DNA of 64,000 bases from Candidatus Spongiisociaceae bacterium (GCA_965213975.1 OZ243930.1:756321-820320), one strand, 5' to 3'. Counted from the stretch's first letter, positions 46,354 to 56,782 are shown. Numbers and translations: made by a program. Notes: generated by a model from the sequence alone, not told the origin.

Positions 46354-47094
46354 ATGAGGATTCAAGTCATCAATCCCATGGGAGTGGATGTATACAACCC
46401 GATGGTGGAGGAAGCCATCGCTGGCGCGGTGGCCCCGGACACCAAGGTTGAAGTCAGGTCGCTAGTCGGAACTGGCGTACCCGCCACCGCCTTCCTGCCT
46501 GCTCATTCTCTGTTCATGAACCAGCTGCTGACCCAAGTGGAGACGGCCGAGCGTGACGGCTTTGATGCGGTGGTCATCGCTTGTGCGGCCGACCCGGGCG
46601 TCGAGGATGCCAAGGATCTGGTCAGTATCCCGGTGACCGGACCCATGGAGGCGGCCGTGGCGGCTGGCCGAGCCTTCGGGCGAATGGCGGTGGTCTGTCC
46701 GAGGATCGAGAGCGGGGAGGGCGAGAACCTGCCCCAAAATGCCAACTGGGTGCGCCGCTTGGTTCACCGTTACGGCGGTGCCTCCATGTTCGCCGGTGTC
46801 ATTGCTGCGCCCAGCGGACACCCTCCCGCCGACGAGGTGGCCAGATTGCTCGATGAGGATCCGGCCGGGTTGCGGGCGGCGGTTCGGGCCGAGATGGCCG
46901 AATCGGCGCGCACTACCGCTATGGAAGCCGCCCAGCGCGCCTTCGACGAGCTCGATGCCGAAGCGATCTTCTTCTCCTGCACTCTCTGGTCCGGGCTGCT
47001 GGGACCCATCGGCGAACGCGTGCCAGCCCGCGTACTTGACCCGATGATCACCCCGATTCTCTATGCAGAGTTTCTGGCTCGGGCCACCGGATGA
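46354..47094 (+). CDS. Asp/Glu/hydantoin racemase family protein
   Basis: MRIQVINPMG...DAVVIACAADPGV and SCT thiol motifs of the Asp/Glu/hydantoin racemase family. AAAGCGAGG RBS. Confidence 0.7.
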   Translation: MRIQVINPMGVDVYNPMVEEAIAGAVAPDTKVEVRSLVGTGVPATAFLPAHSLFMNQLLTQVETAERDGFDAVVIACAADPGVEDAKDLVSIPVTGPMEAAVAAGRAFGRMAVVCPRIESGEGENLPQNANWVRRLVHRYGGASMFAGVIAAPSGHPPADEVARLLDEDPAGLRAAVRAEMAESARTTAMEAAQRAFDELDAEAIFFSCTLWSGLLGPIGERVPARVLDPMITPILYAEFLARATG

Positions 47095-47169
47095 CGGTTC
47101 CTTCATTGCCGGTCTGGTTGTACACCGGGCCGGTCTCTGCACAATAAATCCTGACGAAAAGGAGCGAAA

Positions 47170-48852
47170 ATGATCAAATACAGAATGGCCACCTGGCTGC
47201 GGCTCATCGCAGTGTTGGCCGTTGCCGCCCTTGTGGTTACCGCATGTGGCTCAGACGATGATGCGGAGAGCCCTACGACAACTGCGGCCGAACAGCAGAC
47301 CACCACCACGGCGGCGATGGAGGTTGAAGAACCTCCCGCCGAAGAGCCCATGGAGCCCACGGTTCTCACCATCGGCGTGCCGGGAGATATCGAGACCCTC
47401 GATCCGTGCTGCGCAAACTTCATTCGCAGTCATGAGGCACTACTCATGGTGTACGACGTTCCGGTTATCCATCCCATCGTCGAGCAAAACGGTGCCTTGG
47501 TGGGTGATGCCGACAACCTGAGCCCTCGCTACTTCGAGTCATGGGAAGCGCATGACGACGGCCTTACCTACACCATCAAGGTTCGGGAGGGAATGACCTT
47601 CGATGACGGAACCCCGATCAACGCCGAGACTGTGCGTTTCATGATCGATCGTAACCTCAACACGCCTGGGGGCGGGGCCTGGCTCCTCACCAACATCGCC
47701 TTTGTCACCAAGCCGCCGACCGTGATCGACGAGTACACCCTGGAGCTGGTATCGGATCAGCCCAGCCCGATGGTCATGCAATCGTTCTACATGTCGAGTT
47801 CGGCGGCGGTTGATCCCCAGGTGGTGGAAGCTAATGCCACCGAGGATGATCCGTGGGCGACCGAGTACATGTCTCGCAACGCCGACAACCCCAGTGGCCC
47901 GTACCGTCTGTTGAGCCGGACTCCGGACCAAGAAGTGGTGTTTGAGGCACGCGATAACTACTGGGGCGGCAAGCCAGCATACGATCGGATCGTGTGGAAG
48001 GTGATCCCCTCACCGGCCGAGCGGGTACAGCTACTCCAGACCGGCGACATTGATCTGGCGGTGGGTCTCGGCACGGAAGAATTCAACGCGCTGGACGGCT
48101 CCGCCGGGGTCAAGGTAGTGAGGGCACCCTCCAAGAACATGGCCTACGTGGGGATGAACAACAGCATCGCGCCCTTCGATGACGTCACGGTTCGTCAGGC
48201 GGTCTCCTACGGCATCGACTACGACGACATTCTCGAGAACGTCTACAAGGGAGATGCGCGTCGCCTCTACGGAGCTATCCCCAACGGTTCCGCCGTCTCC
48301 TTGGGTGATCAGGTCGGCTACACCCGTGACCTTGCCACAGCAGAGGAGATGCTGGATTCGAGCGGTTACGACGGAAGTTCGGTGACCCTGACCATCGATG
48401 CGGCCCGGGCCGAGCATCAGCTGATCGCGGTTCGCGTCCAAGCTGCCCTGCGAGAGATCGGCATGGCGGTCGAAATCGAATCCCTCCCGTCGGCAGTATT
48501 CGCCGAGCGGAAGGTGGCTAAAGAGCTACAGATGTTCGTCGATGAGCTGTTGGCTTGGATCGACGACCCCAACTACCAGCTTTCGCTGACCTTAGAGTCC
48601 GGTGTCTTCGGCAACTACGCGGACTACTCGAATGCCCGAGTTGACGAGATCATTCGGGATGGCTGGGCCGAACAGGACGCTGATGCCCGCCGCGCCATCT
48701 TCGAAGAGGCCCAGAGGCTGATTTCCGAGGATGCGCCGTGGGTGTTCCTCGCTCAGCCGGACTTCAAGTTTGCCATGCGCGAGGATGTCGAGGGGTTCGT
48801 GCTCTATCCCAACGCCATCCCTCGCTTCGCCGACCTCTCGCCGGCGAGCTGA
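47170..48852 (+). CDS. ABC transporter substrate-binding lipoprotein, family 5 (Dpp/Opp/Nik-like)
   Basis: Lipoprotein signal with VVTACGSDDD. 560-aa SBP located upstream of the DppBCDF-like genes. AAAAGGAG RBS. Confidence 0.8.
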   Translation: MIKYRMATWLRLIAVLAVAALVVTACGSDDDAESPTTTAAEQQTTTTAAMEVEEPPAEEPMEPTVLTIGVPGDIETLDPCCANFIRSHEALLMVYDVPVIHPIVEQNGALVGDADNLSPRYFESWEAHDDGLTYTIKVREGMTFDDGTPINAETVRFMIDRNLNTPGGGAWLLTNIAFVTKPPTVIDEYTLELVSDQPSPMVMQSFYMSSSAAVDPQVVEANATEDDPWATEYMSRNADNPSGPYRLLSRTPDQEVVFEARDNYWGGKPAYDRIVWKVIPSPAERVQLLQTGDIDLAVGLGTEEFNALDGSAGVKVVRAPSKNMAYVGMNNSIAPFDDVTVRQAVSYGIDYDDILENVYKGDARRLYGAIPNGSAVSLGDQVGYTRDLATAEEMLDSSGYDGSSVTLTIDAARAEHQLIAVRVQAALREIGMAVEIESLPSAVFAERKVAKELQMFVDELLAWIDDPNYQLSLTLESGVFGNYADYSNARVDEIIRDGWAEQDADARRAIFEEAQRLISEDAPWVFLAQPDFKFAMREDVEGFVLYPNAIPRFADLSPAS

Positions 48853-48901
48853 TCTGGAGAGGAGCAAGACCAGGTTGTAAAGGAACCGACGAGGGAAGGA
48901 C

Positions 48902-49909
48902 ATGCACCTAGCCGCCTACGTGCTTCGCCGGATGGCCTACATGCTGGTGGCGCTATTCGGTGTGTCGCTGGTCGCCTTCGTCGTTACCAGGGTGTTGCCC
49001 GGCAACCCCGCGTACATGATCGTGGGGGTCCAGGCCGACGAGTCCACCGTTGCCGCGGTGATCGAACGACTCGGCCTGGATCTCCCGATTCACGAACAGT
49101 ACGTCAGCTACCTCCGCCAACTCCTGTCGGGGGATCTAGGAGATAGCTGGCGTACCAGAAACCCGGTGCTCACCGATCTGGGTGCCCGTTGGCCAGCCAC
49201 CATAGAGTTGGGGAGTGTCGCTTTGGTGCTGGCGTTGGCTTGGTCGATACCCTTTGGGATAATCTCCGCCCTGCGCCGCAAATCCTTCTCGGATAGGGCC
49301 GCCAACGTGGTCTCCGGCCTCGGCGTTTCCATACCGGAGTTTTGGCTGGGTCTGCTCTTGTTGTTGGTGTTCTTCGCCACCCTTGAATGGGCACCGGCAC
49401 CCATCGGTCGCACTCTGGGAGATGTACCCACCCACACCACCGGGATATACACGCTCGACGCCATCCTCGCCCGCGAATGGGGTGCACTGCGTTCCGCGGC
49501 GGCGCAGCTTATCCTCCCCGCGGCGACGCTTGCCTTGGTAGTCGGGGCCCCTCTGCTCCGGGTCACTAGGGGCTTCATGCGTGAGACGATGGAATCGGCT
49601 CATATACGCTCTGCCCGGGCTCTGGGGGTTCCGGAGCGGAGAGTGGTGCTGCGCCACGCGCTACCCAACGTGCTCCTTCCCGTATCCACGATGGTGGCCA
49701 TCATGTATGGCTACCTGCTCGGCGGGACCGTGTTGGTGGAGGTGGTGTTCGCCTGGCCTGGCATCGGTAAGTATGCGATCGACTCAATCAACGCCTCCGA
49801 CTTCGCTCCGGTCCTAGCCGCAGTGCTCCTCAGCGCCTTGTCCTACCTGGTTGTCTACCTGGTGATGGATCTCCTCCATTTCGTGATCGACCCGAGGACT
49901 AGGACATGA
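48902..49909 (+). CDS. ABC transporter permease (DppB/OppB-like)
   Basis: YVLRRMAYMLVALFGVSLVAFVVTRVLPGNP N-terminus typical of DppB. Confidence 0.85.
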   Translation: MHLAAYVLRRMAYMLVALFGVSLVAFVVTRVLPGNPAYMIVGVQADESTVAAVIERLGLDLPIHEQYVSYLRQLLSGDLGDSWRTRNPVLTDLGARWPATIELGSVALVLALAWSIPFGIISALRRKSFSDRAANVVSGLGVSIPEFWLGLLLLLVFFATLEWAPAPIGRTLGDVPTHTTGIYTLDAILAREWGALRSAAAQLILPAATLALVVGAPLLRVTRGFMRETMESAHIRSARALGVPERRVVLRHALPNVLLPVSTMVAIMYGYLLGGTVLVEVVFAWPGIGKYAIDSINASDFAPVLAAVLLSALSYLVVYLVMDLLHFVIDPRTRT

Positions 49910-50751
49910 CGACGACTCAGCGCGAGGGAAGGCCGGGCCGTCGGTTGAGGACGTCCGCCTCGTTCCGAGCAGCTATCACGAGCCCGGCGGTGATAGTGCT
50001 TGGCTTCATCGCGCTGGCTTCGATCTTCGGTCCGTTCTTGATTCGGGATCCCTTGGAAATAGGGGTGGGGGACACCCTTGCTGCACCCACGGGTGAGTTC
50101 TGGTTCGGGACGGATCAGTTCGGAAGAGATATCTTTGCCCGAGTTGTGCACGCGGTGCGACTCGACTTGGTGGTCGGCTTGGTAGCCGCGGCCCTAGCCG
50201 TGGTGGTAGGAATGCCGCTGGGTGCCCTCGGCGCATACCGGGGAGGCGTCTTCGACGCCTTGCTTCTCCGGATATCCGAGTCCTTCCAAGCCTTCCCCAC
50301 CCTATTGTTGGCCCTCGGGATCGTGGCGGCGGTGGGTCGCAGCATCCCGATCCTGGTAATGGTCATAGGGATTGTCAACATCCCCGTCTACCTTCGACTC
50401 ACCAGGAGCGCCGTCAAGCCGCTGGTCGAGTCGGACTTCGTGCTGGCAGCCCGGTGCGCAGGTAAGAGCCAGGCCTCAATTCTCCGCCGTCACATAATTC
50501 CCAACGTGGCTGAGGTGGTCTTCGCCCAGTTCTCTGTGAACGTGGCATGGGCCATCCAAATCCTGGCTGCCTTGAGTTTCGTCGGCTTGGGCGTCCAGTT
50601 GCCCACGCCGGAGTTGGGGGCAATGGTGCGCGACGGGGCCGATTACACCGTCTACGGTCAGTGGTGGGTCTCGCTGTTCCCTGGGTTGGTAATACTGGGT
50701 ATCGTCCTTACCCTCAACCAGATCTCCGATCAGATCAGGCACCTTCGATGA
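49906..50751 (+). CDS. ABC transporter permease (DppC/OppC-like)
   Basis: Overlaps the upstream gene by 4 nt. BPD-transporter permease with six TM helices. Confidence 0.85.
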   Translation: MTTTQREGRPGRRLRTSASFRAAITSPAVIVLGFIALASIFGPFLIRDPLEIGVGDTLAAPTGEFWFGTDQFGRDIFARVVHAVRLDLVVGLVAAALAVVVGMPLGALGAYRGGVFDALLLRISESFQAFPTLLLALGIVAAVGRSIPILVMVIGIVNIPVYLRLTRSAVKPLVESDFVLAARCAGKSQASILRRHIIPNVAEVVFAQFSVNVAWAIQILAALSFVGLGVQLPTPELGAMVRDGADYTVYGQWWVSLFPGLVILGIVLTLNQISDQIRHLR

Positions 50752-51737
50752 CGGATGCCCCCGACTCCGCGGGTCAGTATTCCCCACCTGATCTCGTCGA
50801 TATCAAGAACCTTGTCGTCGGGTTCCGTCTGGATGCAAAGCGGAGAACGCTGCCGCTTCAGGGCGTTAACCTCACGATCCCCCAGAACAGCCGAATGGCC
50901 TTGGTAGGGGAGTCGGGATCGGGCAAGAGCCTCACCGCGGCGGCCATGATCGGGATGTTGCCCGCCGCGGCCGAGGTCATCGACGGCGAGATTCGCTTCC
51001 GGGGAGAGAACCTCATCGGGGCCTCCCCAAAGAGGCTTCGTGACCTGCGCGGGCGGCAGATCGCCATCATGTTCCAGAACCCCAGGGCGTCGCTCAACCC
51101 GGTTCTCACCGTCGGGGGACAGATCGCCGAGCTGATCAGGACCCATTCGGGGATCGGGCGGAGAGAAAGCCGAGAACGAGCCATCGACCTCCTAGACCAG
51201 ATGGGGGTACCCGACGCCCGTCGCCGGGCCAGCGACTACGTGCATCAGTACTCGGGTGGGATGGCCCAGCGGGCCGCCCTGGCGATGGCGCTCTCCTGCC
51301 GCCCGGATCTACTCATCGCCGACGAACCTACCACTGGGCTTGATGCCACCCTGCAGCAACAAGTGCTCGAGTTGGTGGTGGAGCAGGTGGGTAATCGGGG
51401 GGCCTCCCTTTTGCTCATAACCCACGACATCGCCGTCGCCCGTCACACCTGCGAGCGAGTGGCCGTGTTATACGCCGGTCGGGTGATGGAAAGCGGACCC
51501 ACCGCCCAGGTGGCGCGGTCGCCAGCCAACCCGTACACCAGAGCCCTGCTCAGGGCCTTTTCCACCGTTGACGAAGGCCGGATGTACGCCATACCGGGCA
51601 CGGTTCCCACGCTCTCCGAGATGCTCGATGAATGTCCGTTCGTCGGCCGTTGCGAAGATGCCATCGATGAATGCCGATCGGCGCTACCCGAGCTGAAACC
51701 GATGGAGGAGCGGGAGGTGGCGTGCATCAGAGCGTGA
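50748..51737 (+). CDS. ABC transporter ATP-binding protein (DppD-like)
   Basis: ATG overlaps the permease stop. Walker A GESGSGKS. Signature YSGGMAQR. Walker B LLIADEPTT. The track ORF begins at 50547. Confidence 0.85.
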   Translation: MTDAPDSAGQYSPPDLVDIKNLVVGFRLDAKRRTLPLQGVNLTIPQNSRMALVGESGSGKSLTAAAMIGMLPAAAEVIDGEIRFRGENLIGASPKRLRDLRGRQIAIMFQNPRASLNPVLTVGGQIAELIRTHSGIGRRESRERAIDLLDQMGVPDARRRASDYVHQYSGGMAQRAALAMALSCRPDLLIADEPTTGLDATLQQQVLELVVEQVGNRGASLLLITHDIAVARHTCERVAVLYAGRVMESGPTAQVARSPANPYTRALLRAFSTVDEGRMYAIPGTVPTLSEMLDECPFVGRCEDAIDECRSALPELKPMEEREVACIRA

Positions 51738-52762
51738 CCGGCACCACTCTCCTGGAAGTTGACGGCCTGGTAAAGGACTACGTCACCCGGGACGCCAAGC
51801 TCCGCAGGCGGATCGTCAGGGCGGTAGACGGGGTCAGCTTCGAGGTCAGGGCTGGCGAGACCTTCGCCATCGTGGGGGAGTCGGGTTCGGGTAAGTCCAC
51901 CGTTGGTCGGGTGGTCCTCAAGCTGACCCCCGCCACCGAGGGGAAGGTACGGCTCCTCGGGGAAGACATCCTTGGCCTCGGTGAGAGGCAGTTCCGGCCG
52001 ATGCGAGGGCACATTCAGATGGTCTTTCAGGACCCTCTGGCGGCCTTCGACCCCAGGTCCACCATCCGCTCCAGCCTGCGCGAGTTCGCCGAGTTTGACA
52101 GCAGCCGGACCCGCCCGCGGATCAACGAGGATATTGACGAAGCGATAAGCAGCGTCGGTCTACCGGCCGATATCGCCGATCGGCGGCCCGCCGAGGTCAG
52201 CGGAGGGCAACTACAACGCCTGAGCGTGGCCCGGTCGCTGCTGGTCTCGCCCCGATTGTTGTTCCTCGATGAACCCACTTCCTCGTTAGATGTATCCATC
52301 CGGGGCCAGATTGTCAACCTGTTGACCTCACTCCAGAAGACCGAGGGCCTCTCCTATCTGCTGGTCGCCCATGACCTGCGGGTGGTTTACGCCATGGCTC
52401 ATCGGGTGGCGGTCATGTACTTGGGCGAGTTTGTGGAAGTGGGAAGTAGACGCCGGATCTTCACCCGGCCCGCCCACCCGTACACTCGAGGGCTCCTCGA
52501 AGCAGCCCAACTTGAGGCACCCCGTCGTACCGGAAGTCCCGTTAGGTTGACGGGAGAGATCTCCGCCGACCACGGATCCTCATCCAAATGTCGCCTCATG
52601 CCGAGATGTCCATTCGCCGAGGCGAGATGTGGTGAGCCGCAGCCTCTGCGGGAAACTGCCAGAGGTCATATGGTGAGGTGCTGGAAGGCAATCGAAGACC
52701 CGTTGAGCATAGGACTACCCGCGCCGACCCACAGGAACAGGAGCGAAGAAGATGACAGTTGA
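51722..52762 (+). CDS. ABC transporter ATP-binding protein (DppF/OppF-like)
   Basis: The GTG overlaps the upstream gene, preceded by a GGGAGGTGG RBS. Walker A GESGSGKS. Signature VSGGQLQR. C-terminal oligopeptide-type extension. Confidence 0.85.
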   Translation: MHQSVTGTTLLEVDGLVKDYVTRDAKLRRRIVRAVDGVSFEVRAGETFAIVGESGSGKSTVGRVVLKLTPATEGKVRLLGEDILGLGERQFRPMRGHIQMVFQDPLAAFDPRSTIRSSLREFAEFDSSRTRPRINEDIDEAISSVGLPADIADRRPAEVSGGQLQRLSVARSLLVSPRLLFLDEPTSSLDVSIRGQIVNLLTSLQKTEGLSYLLVAHDLRVVYAMAHRVAVMYLGEFVEVGSRRRIFTRPAHPYTRGLLEAAQLEAPRRTGSPVRLTGEISADHGSSSKCRLMPRCPFAEARCGEPQPLRETARGHMVRCWKAIEDPLSIGLPAPTHRNRSEEDDS

Positions 52763-54383
52763 TCCGGTTACCACTGAGGTTATTCGCAATGCGTTTATCT
52801 CGATAGCGTCACAGATGAACAACAATCTGGCCCGCTCCGCCTACACCCCCATCATCTACGAAATGAAGGACTGCTCGGTGGGGTTGTTCGACGCTCAAGG
52901 GAACCTCTTGGGTCAGGCACCTGGGCTGCCCATCTTTCTGGGGAGCTTGGAAGCTGCCATCGACGCCACCCTCGAACATCTCGGCGGGCCGGAGACCTGT
53001 CGACCCGGTGACGTTTACGCCGTCAACGACAGCTACATGGTGGGCAGTCACCTCAACGATGTCAACGTGATATCGCCCATCTTTCACGAGGGAAGATTGG
53101 TCGGGTTCGGTGCTACCAAGGCACATTGGTTGGACATCGGTGCCAAGGATCCGGGACAGGCCATGGACTCCACCAGCATCTACCAGGAGGGGTATCGGAT
53201 TGCTCCCGTCCACCTGTACCGGGAAGGAAAACCGGAGACGGGGATGCTCGACTTCCTGACCAGGAACAGCCGGTTGCCCCGTTCGGTATGGGGCGACATG
53301 CATGCCCAGATCGCCGCCTGCCGAACCGGCGAGAAGGGTCTGAGCGAGTTGATCGATCGCTTCGGGCTGGAGACCGTCAACGCCGCCGCGGAAGTCATCT
53401 TCGACCAGTGCGAACGCCTTGATCGCGAGGCCGTGGCTGAGATCCCTGACGGTCGCTACGAGACGGACGGAGAGATGGACAGCTGGGGTCCCGGGGGCGA
53501 CCCGGTGTACGTGAGGGTGGTGGTAACGGTGGACGGCGAGGAGATCAGGGTGGACCTGAGCGGCTCGGCACCGATGACGCCGGGTTGCATGAACTGCGGC
53601 TTCGCCCAGACGGCGGCAGCTGCCAACCTTGCCTTCAAGATGCTGGTCAACTCCGACGTGCCGGTCACCGCGGGAACCTTCCGCAACCTCACGGTTACCG
53701 CGCCGGAAGCCTCCGTCTTCGATGCCCGCGAACCGGCCGCTTGCCAGTACTACTACCCGCACCTCGGGATGATGATCGATCTCTTCATCCGGGCTCTGGC
53801 CCCGGCCGTTCCCGACCGCGTCGTAGCTGGCCAAGCCGCTGATCCGATGAACGTACTCTTCAGCGGCCCCAACCCTCGGACCGGCCAGGACTTTGTGGTA
53901 GGTGAGGCAACCGCGGTCGGTTGGGGGGCTTATCAGGGCGGAGACGGTACCAATGGTCTCATCAACTACGGCGGCGGCGACCTGAAGAACATCCCGATCG
54001 AGGTGTTGGAATCCCGCTACCCGATTCGGGTACACAAGTACGGGGTATGGCCCGACTCGGGAGGTAAGGGTCGCTGGCGAGGGGGTCTGGGCGTGTTGAG
54101 GGAATACGAGGTGTTGGCCGACAACATAACCGTATCCACCTGGTTCGAACGCACCCGAACCCCGGCGTGGGGCTTGTTCGGGGGTGAGGACGGGGCGGCC
54201 ACGGATGTGTCCTTGACCGTGGACGGGCAAAACTTCCCCCTCCTCAAGGCCAACCAGCGTCCCGCGCCCAAGGGGGCCCGCCTCCATGTCGCCACCGGTG
54301 GAGGTGGTGGCTTCGGTAACCCTGACGATCGGGACATGGAAGACATCCGCCAGGATTTGGCCGAGGGATACACCACCAAGTGA
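52752..54383 (+). CDS. hyuB: Hydantoinase B / N-methylhydantoinase B / 5-oxoprolinase subunit (HyuB family)
   Basis: MTVDPVTTEVIRNAFISIASQMNNNLARSAYTPIIYEMKDCSVGLFD is the canonical HyuB N-terminus. Confidence 0.85.
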   Translation: MTVDPVTTEVIRNAFISIASQMNNNLARSAYTPIIYEMKDCSVGLFDAQGNLLGQAPGLPIFLGSLEAAIDATLEHLGGPETCRPGDVYAVNDSYMVGSHLNDVNVISPIFHEGRLVGFGATKAHWLDIGAKDPGQAMDSTSIYQEGYRIAPVHLYREGKPETGMLDFLTRNSRLPRSVWGDMHAQIAACRTGEKGLSELIDRFGLETVNAAAEVIFDQCERLDREAVAEIPDGRYETDGEMDSWGPGGDPVYVRVVVTVDGEEIRVDLSGSAPMTPGCMNCGFAQTAAAANLAFKMLVNSDVPVTAGTFRNLTVTAPEASVFDAREPAACQYYYPHLGMMIDLFIRALAPAVPDRVVAGQAADPMNVLFSGPNPRTGQDFVVGEATAVGWGAYQGGDGTNGLINYGGGDLKNIPIEVLESRYPIRVHKYGVWPDSGGKGRWRGGLGVLREYEVLADNITVSTWFERTRTPAWGLFGGEDGAATDVSLTVDGQNFPLLKANQRPAPKGARLHVATGGGGGFGNPDDRDMEDIRQDLAEGYTTK

Positions 54384-55588
54384 GGTATGCCCGACCCTGG
54401 CGCAGCCCGGCCTTGCGGGTTCGCGGTGCTTCGTGGTTCGACACCGCCACCGGCGACTCCCGGGTGGGGGATCTCTTGGTGGAGGACGGAGTAATCCAGG
54501 AGGACGATCGGCGGGCCGCCACTGACCTTGACGGGCAGGGACTGCATGCCATGTTCGGCCTGTGGGACTGTCACGCCCATGCGGGTGGGCTCATGTACGA
54601 CCTGGATGCTTCCGGGTACTTCGAGGCAGCACCAGATCGCACCATCCGAGCGGGTGAAAACTTTCGTCAAGCAGTAGAGATGGGGGTGACGGGGGTCAGG
54701 TGCGTCGACGAGGCCGACGACCTCGACCTGGCGTGGGCCAGAGCCTACGCCGCCGGGAGTTCCCTCGGGCCGCGAGTGATGGGTGCCGGAAGAGGCATCA
54801 GAACAACAGCCGGGCACGGCACGGCCTTCCCGCGGGTCTATACCCAGCTGGGGGCCGAGTTGGTGGCGGACGGTCCGGACGAGATGGCCCGGGCCGTGCG
54901 GAGGCAGGTGGAGCGCGGTGCCCACTGGATCAAGATCATGCTCACCGGTGGGTTGTACAGCCCTCACGAAGCCGCAGATGAGGGCCAGTTCACCGATACC
55001 GAGCTAGCCACCCTGATGGAGGTGGCCGCCGGGCGCAACATACCCGTGGCCGCTCATTGTGGAGGTTCGGAACCAGCGGTTCGGTTTGCGGAGTTGGGGG
55101 GACGGTCTATCGAACACGGCTATATGCTCGACGAACGAGCCGCGGCAGCGATGGCTCGAAACGGCACCTGGCTGGTGCCCACGGTCGGTGTCACCCACGA
55201 TCAGGAGTTCATCGCGGCCGAAGGTTGGCCGAGCCACGCCGCCGACCGATCCCGCAGCCTCATGCCCCTCCACGCCGAAGCGCTGCACGCCTGTCTTGAT
55301 GCCGGGGTCCGGGTGGCAGTCGGTGCCGACCTCAACCCGATCGGCCCTCGCCTGCATCGTGAGCTGACAATGCTGGAACGGGCCGGGATGGACCGGCAAT
55401 CGGTCCTCCACGCCGCCTCGGTGGGCGGGCGGCACCTCAACGGTCTGGGCGGGTCCTCATCCCCCGATCCCGGAGCCGCGGCCGATCTGATTCTTCTGGA
55501 GGATCACCCAATGCGCAGGCCCGAGACGATGCAGAAGCCGGTCTTGGTGATCACCCATGGTCGAGTTGTCTACTCCCGCCTCTCGTAA
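54380..55588 (+). CDS. Amidohydrolase-superfamily metal-dependent hydrolase
   Basis: HxH motif GLWDCHAHAG plus downstream His/Asp metal ligands of the Amidohydro_1 TIM barrel. Confidence 0.75.
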   Translation: MRYARPWRSPALRVRGASWFDTATGDSRVGDLLVEDGVIQEDDRRAATDLDGQGLHAMFGLWDCHAHAGGLMYDLDASGYFEAAPDRTIRAGENFRQAVEMGVTGVRCVDEADDLDLAWARAYAAGSSLGPRVMGAGRGIRTTAGHGTAFPRVYTQLGAELVADGPDEMARAVRRQVERGAHWIKIMLTGGLYSPHEAADEGQFTDTELATLMEVAAGRNIPVAAHCGGSEPAVRFAELGGRSIEHGYMLDERAAAAMARNGTWLVPTVGVTHDQEFIAAEGWPSHAADRSRSLMPLHAEALHACLDAGVRVAVGADLNPIGPRLHRELTMLERAGMDRQSVLHAASVGGRHLNGLGGSSSPDPGAAADLILLEDHPMRRPETMQKPVLVITHGRVVYSRLS

Positions 55589-55633
55589 CGGGTCCCTCGG
55601 CCGAAACCAGTCGGTAACTACACTGTCCGCTCT

Positions 55634-56782
55634 ATGAGCACCAACATCCAACTCGATCACCAAGCCCGCCGTCGGGCCCTCGAAGCTGTCCTTCACGAGG
55701 AGGGGGTTGACCTGGTCTGGCTCCCGATCGGTGCCGATCTCGAATACCTGACCGGCATCCAGCGTCGGGTTCCGACCTTCGGGGATGTCAACTACGCGCA
55801 CGGATGGGTGGCGGGATGCTTTATCGCTCCCGGGCGCGACCCGGTGTTCATACTCCCGCGCAATTACGTGGAGTTTGACCTGCCAGAAGGGGTACCTGGG
55901 GAGGTAGTAAGCGTCAACGAGACCGACGACGGGAAGGCGATGTTCTCCCGGGTGGCCCGTTCCTTCGCCCGCCCCGAGACCTTGGCGGTGGGTGCCCGAA
56001 CCTGGGCCACTACCACGATAAACCTCCTGGAGGATCTGGCCAGCCCCCGGTTGGTGAACGGCGGCCAGCTTGTCAATCGCCTGCGGAGAATCAAGAGCCC
56101 CGAAGAGCTAGAACTGTTGCGGCAGGCTTGCCGGGTGGCTGATCAGGCCATGGAGGAGACCACCGCCCGGATTACGGTGGGCGTGAGCGAGTTGGATTTG
56201 GCCGAAGAGGTCAACTACCACCTTCTGCGGCTGGGCTCTCGCACCTGGTCGTTCGACACTGCGGTCTGGTCGATGGGTCCCGGCGACGACCGGGATGCCA
56301 ACGTCCGGCTCTCTCGGGCGGAAGTACGGGCGGGTATGGGTTTGTCCTTCGACTTTGGTGCCGTAGTACAGGGCTATTGCTCCGATTTCGGGAGGACTAT
56401 CCGGATCGGGGCACCGGACGCGGATTACCGCCGGGTGTACGAAGTGGTGATGGCGGCCCAGGCGGCGGGGATGCGGGTGGCCAAGCCCGGTGTGCTCGCC
56501 TCAGAGGTCCATAGGGTTACCCGTTCGGTGATAGTGGAAGCTGGTTTTGGCGACTGGTTCCGGCATCGCACCGGCCATTGCATCGGTCTGGACGTCCATG
56601 AGGAGCCCTTCATCTCCCCGGAGGATCACACCCCGCTGGAAGCAGGCATGACCTTCACCATCGAACCATCGGTATTCTGGCCGGGCCGGGTGGGGGTAAG
56701 GGTTGAGGACATAATCCTGTGTACCGAGGAGGGTGGGGTCAAGTTGAACGAGCATCCCACCACCCTCACCATCCGCGAGTAG
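55634..56782 (+). CDS. M24-family metallopeptidase (creatinase/Xaa-Pro peptidase-like)
   Basis: Creatinase-type N-terminal domain plus the M24 pita-bread motif HRTGHCIGLDVHEEP. Confidence 0.85.
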   Translation: MSTNIQLDHQARRRALEAVLHEEGVDLVWLPIGADLEYLTGIQRRVPTFGDVNYAHGWVAGCFIAPGRDPVFILPRNYVEFDLPEGVPGEVVSVNETDDGKAMFSRVARSFARPETLAVGARTWATTTINLLEDLASPRLVNGGQLVNRLRRIKSPEELELLRQACRVADQAMEETTARITVGVSELDLAEEVNYHLLRLGSRTWSFDTAVWSMGPGDDRDANVRLSRAEVRAGMGLSFDFGAVVQGYCSDFGRTIRIGAPDADYRRVYEVVMAAQAAGMRVAKPGVLASEVHRVTRSVIVEAGFGDWFRHRTGHCIGLDVHEEPFISPEDHTPLEAGMTFTIEPSVFWPGRVGVRVEDIILCTEEGGVKLNEHPTTLTIRE

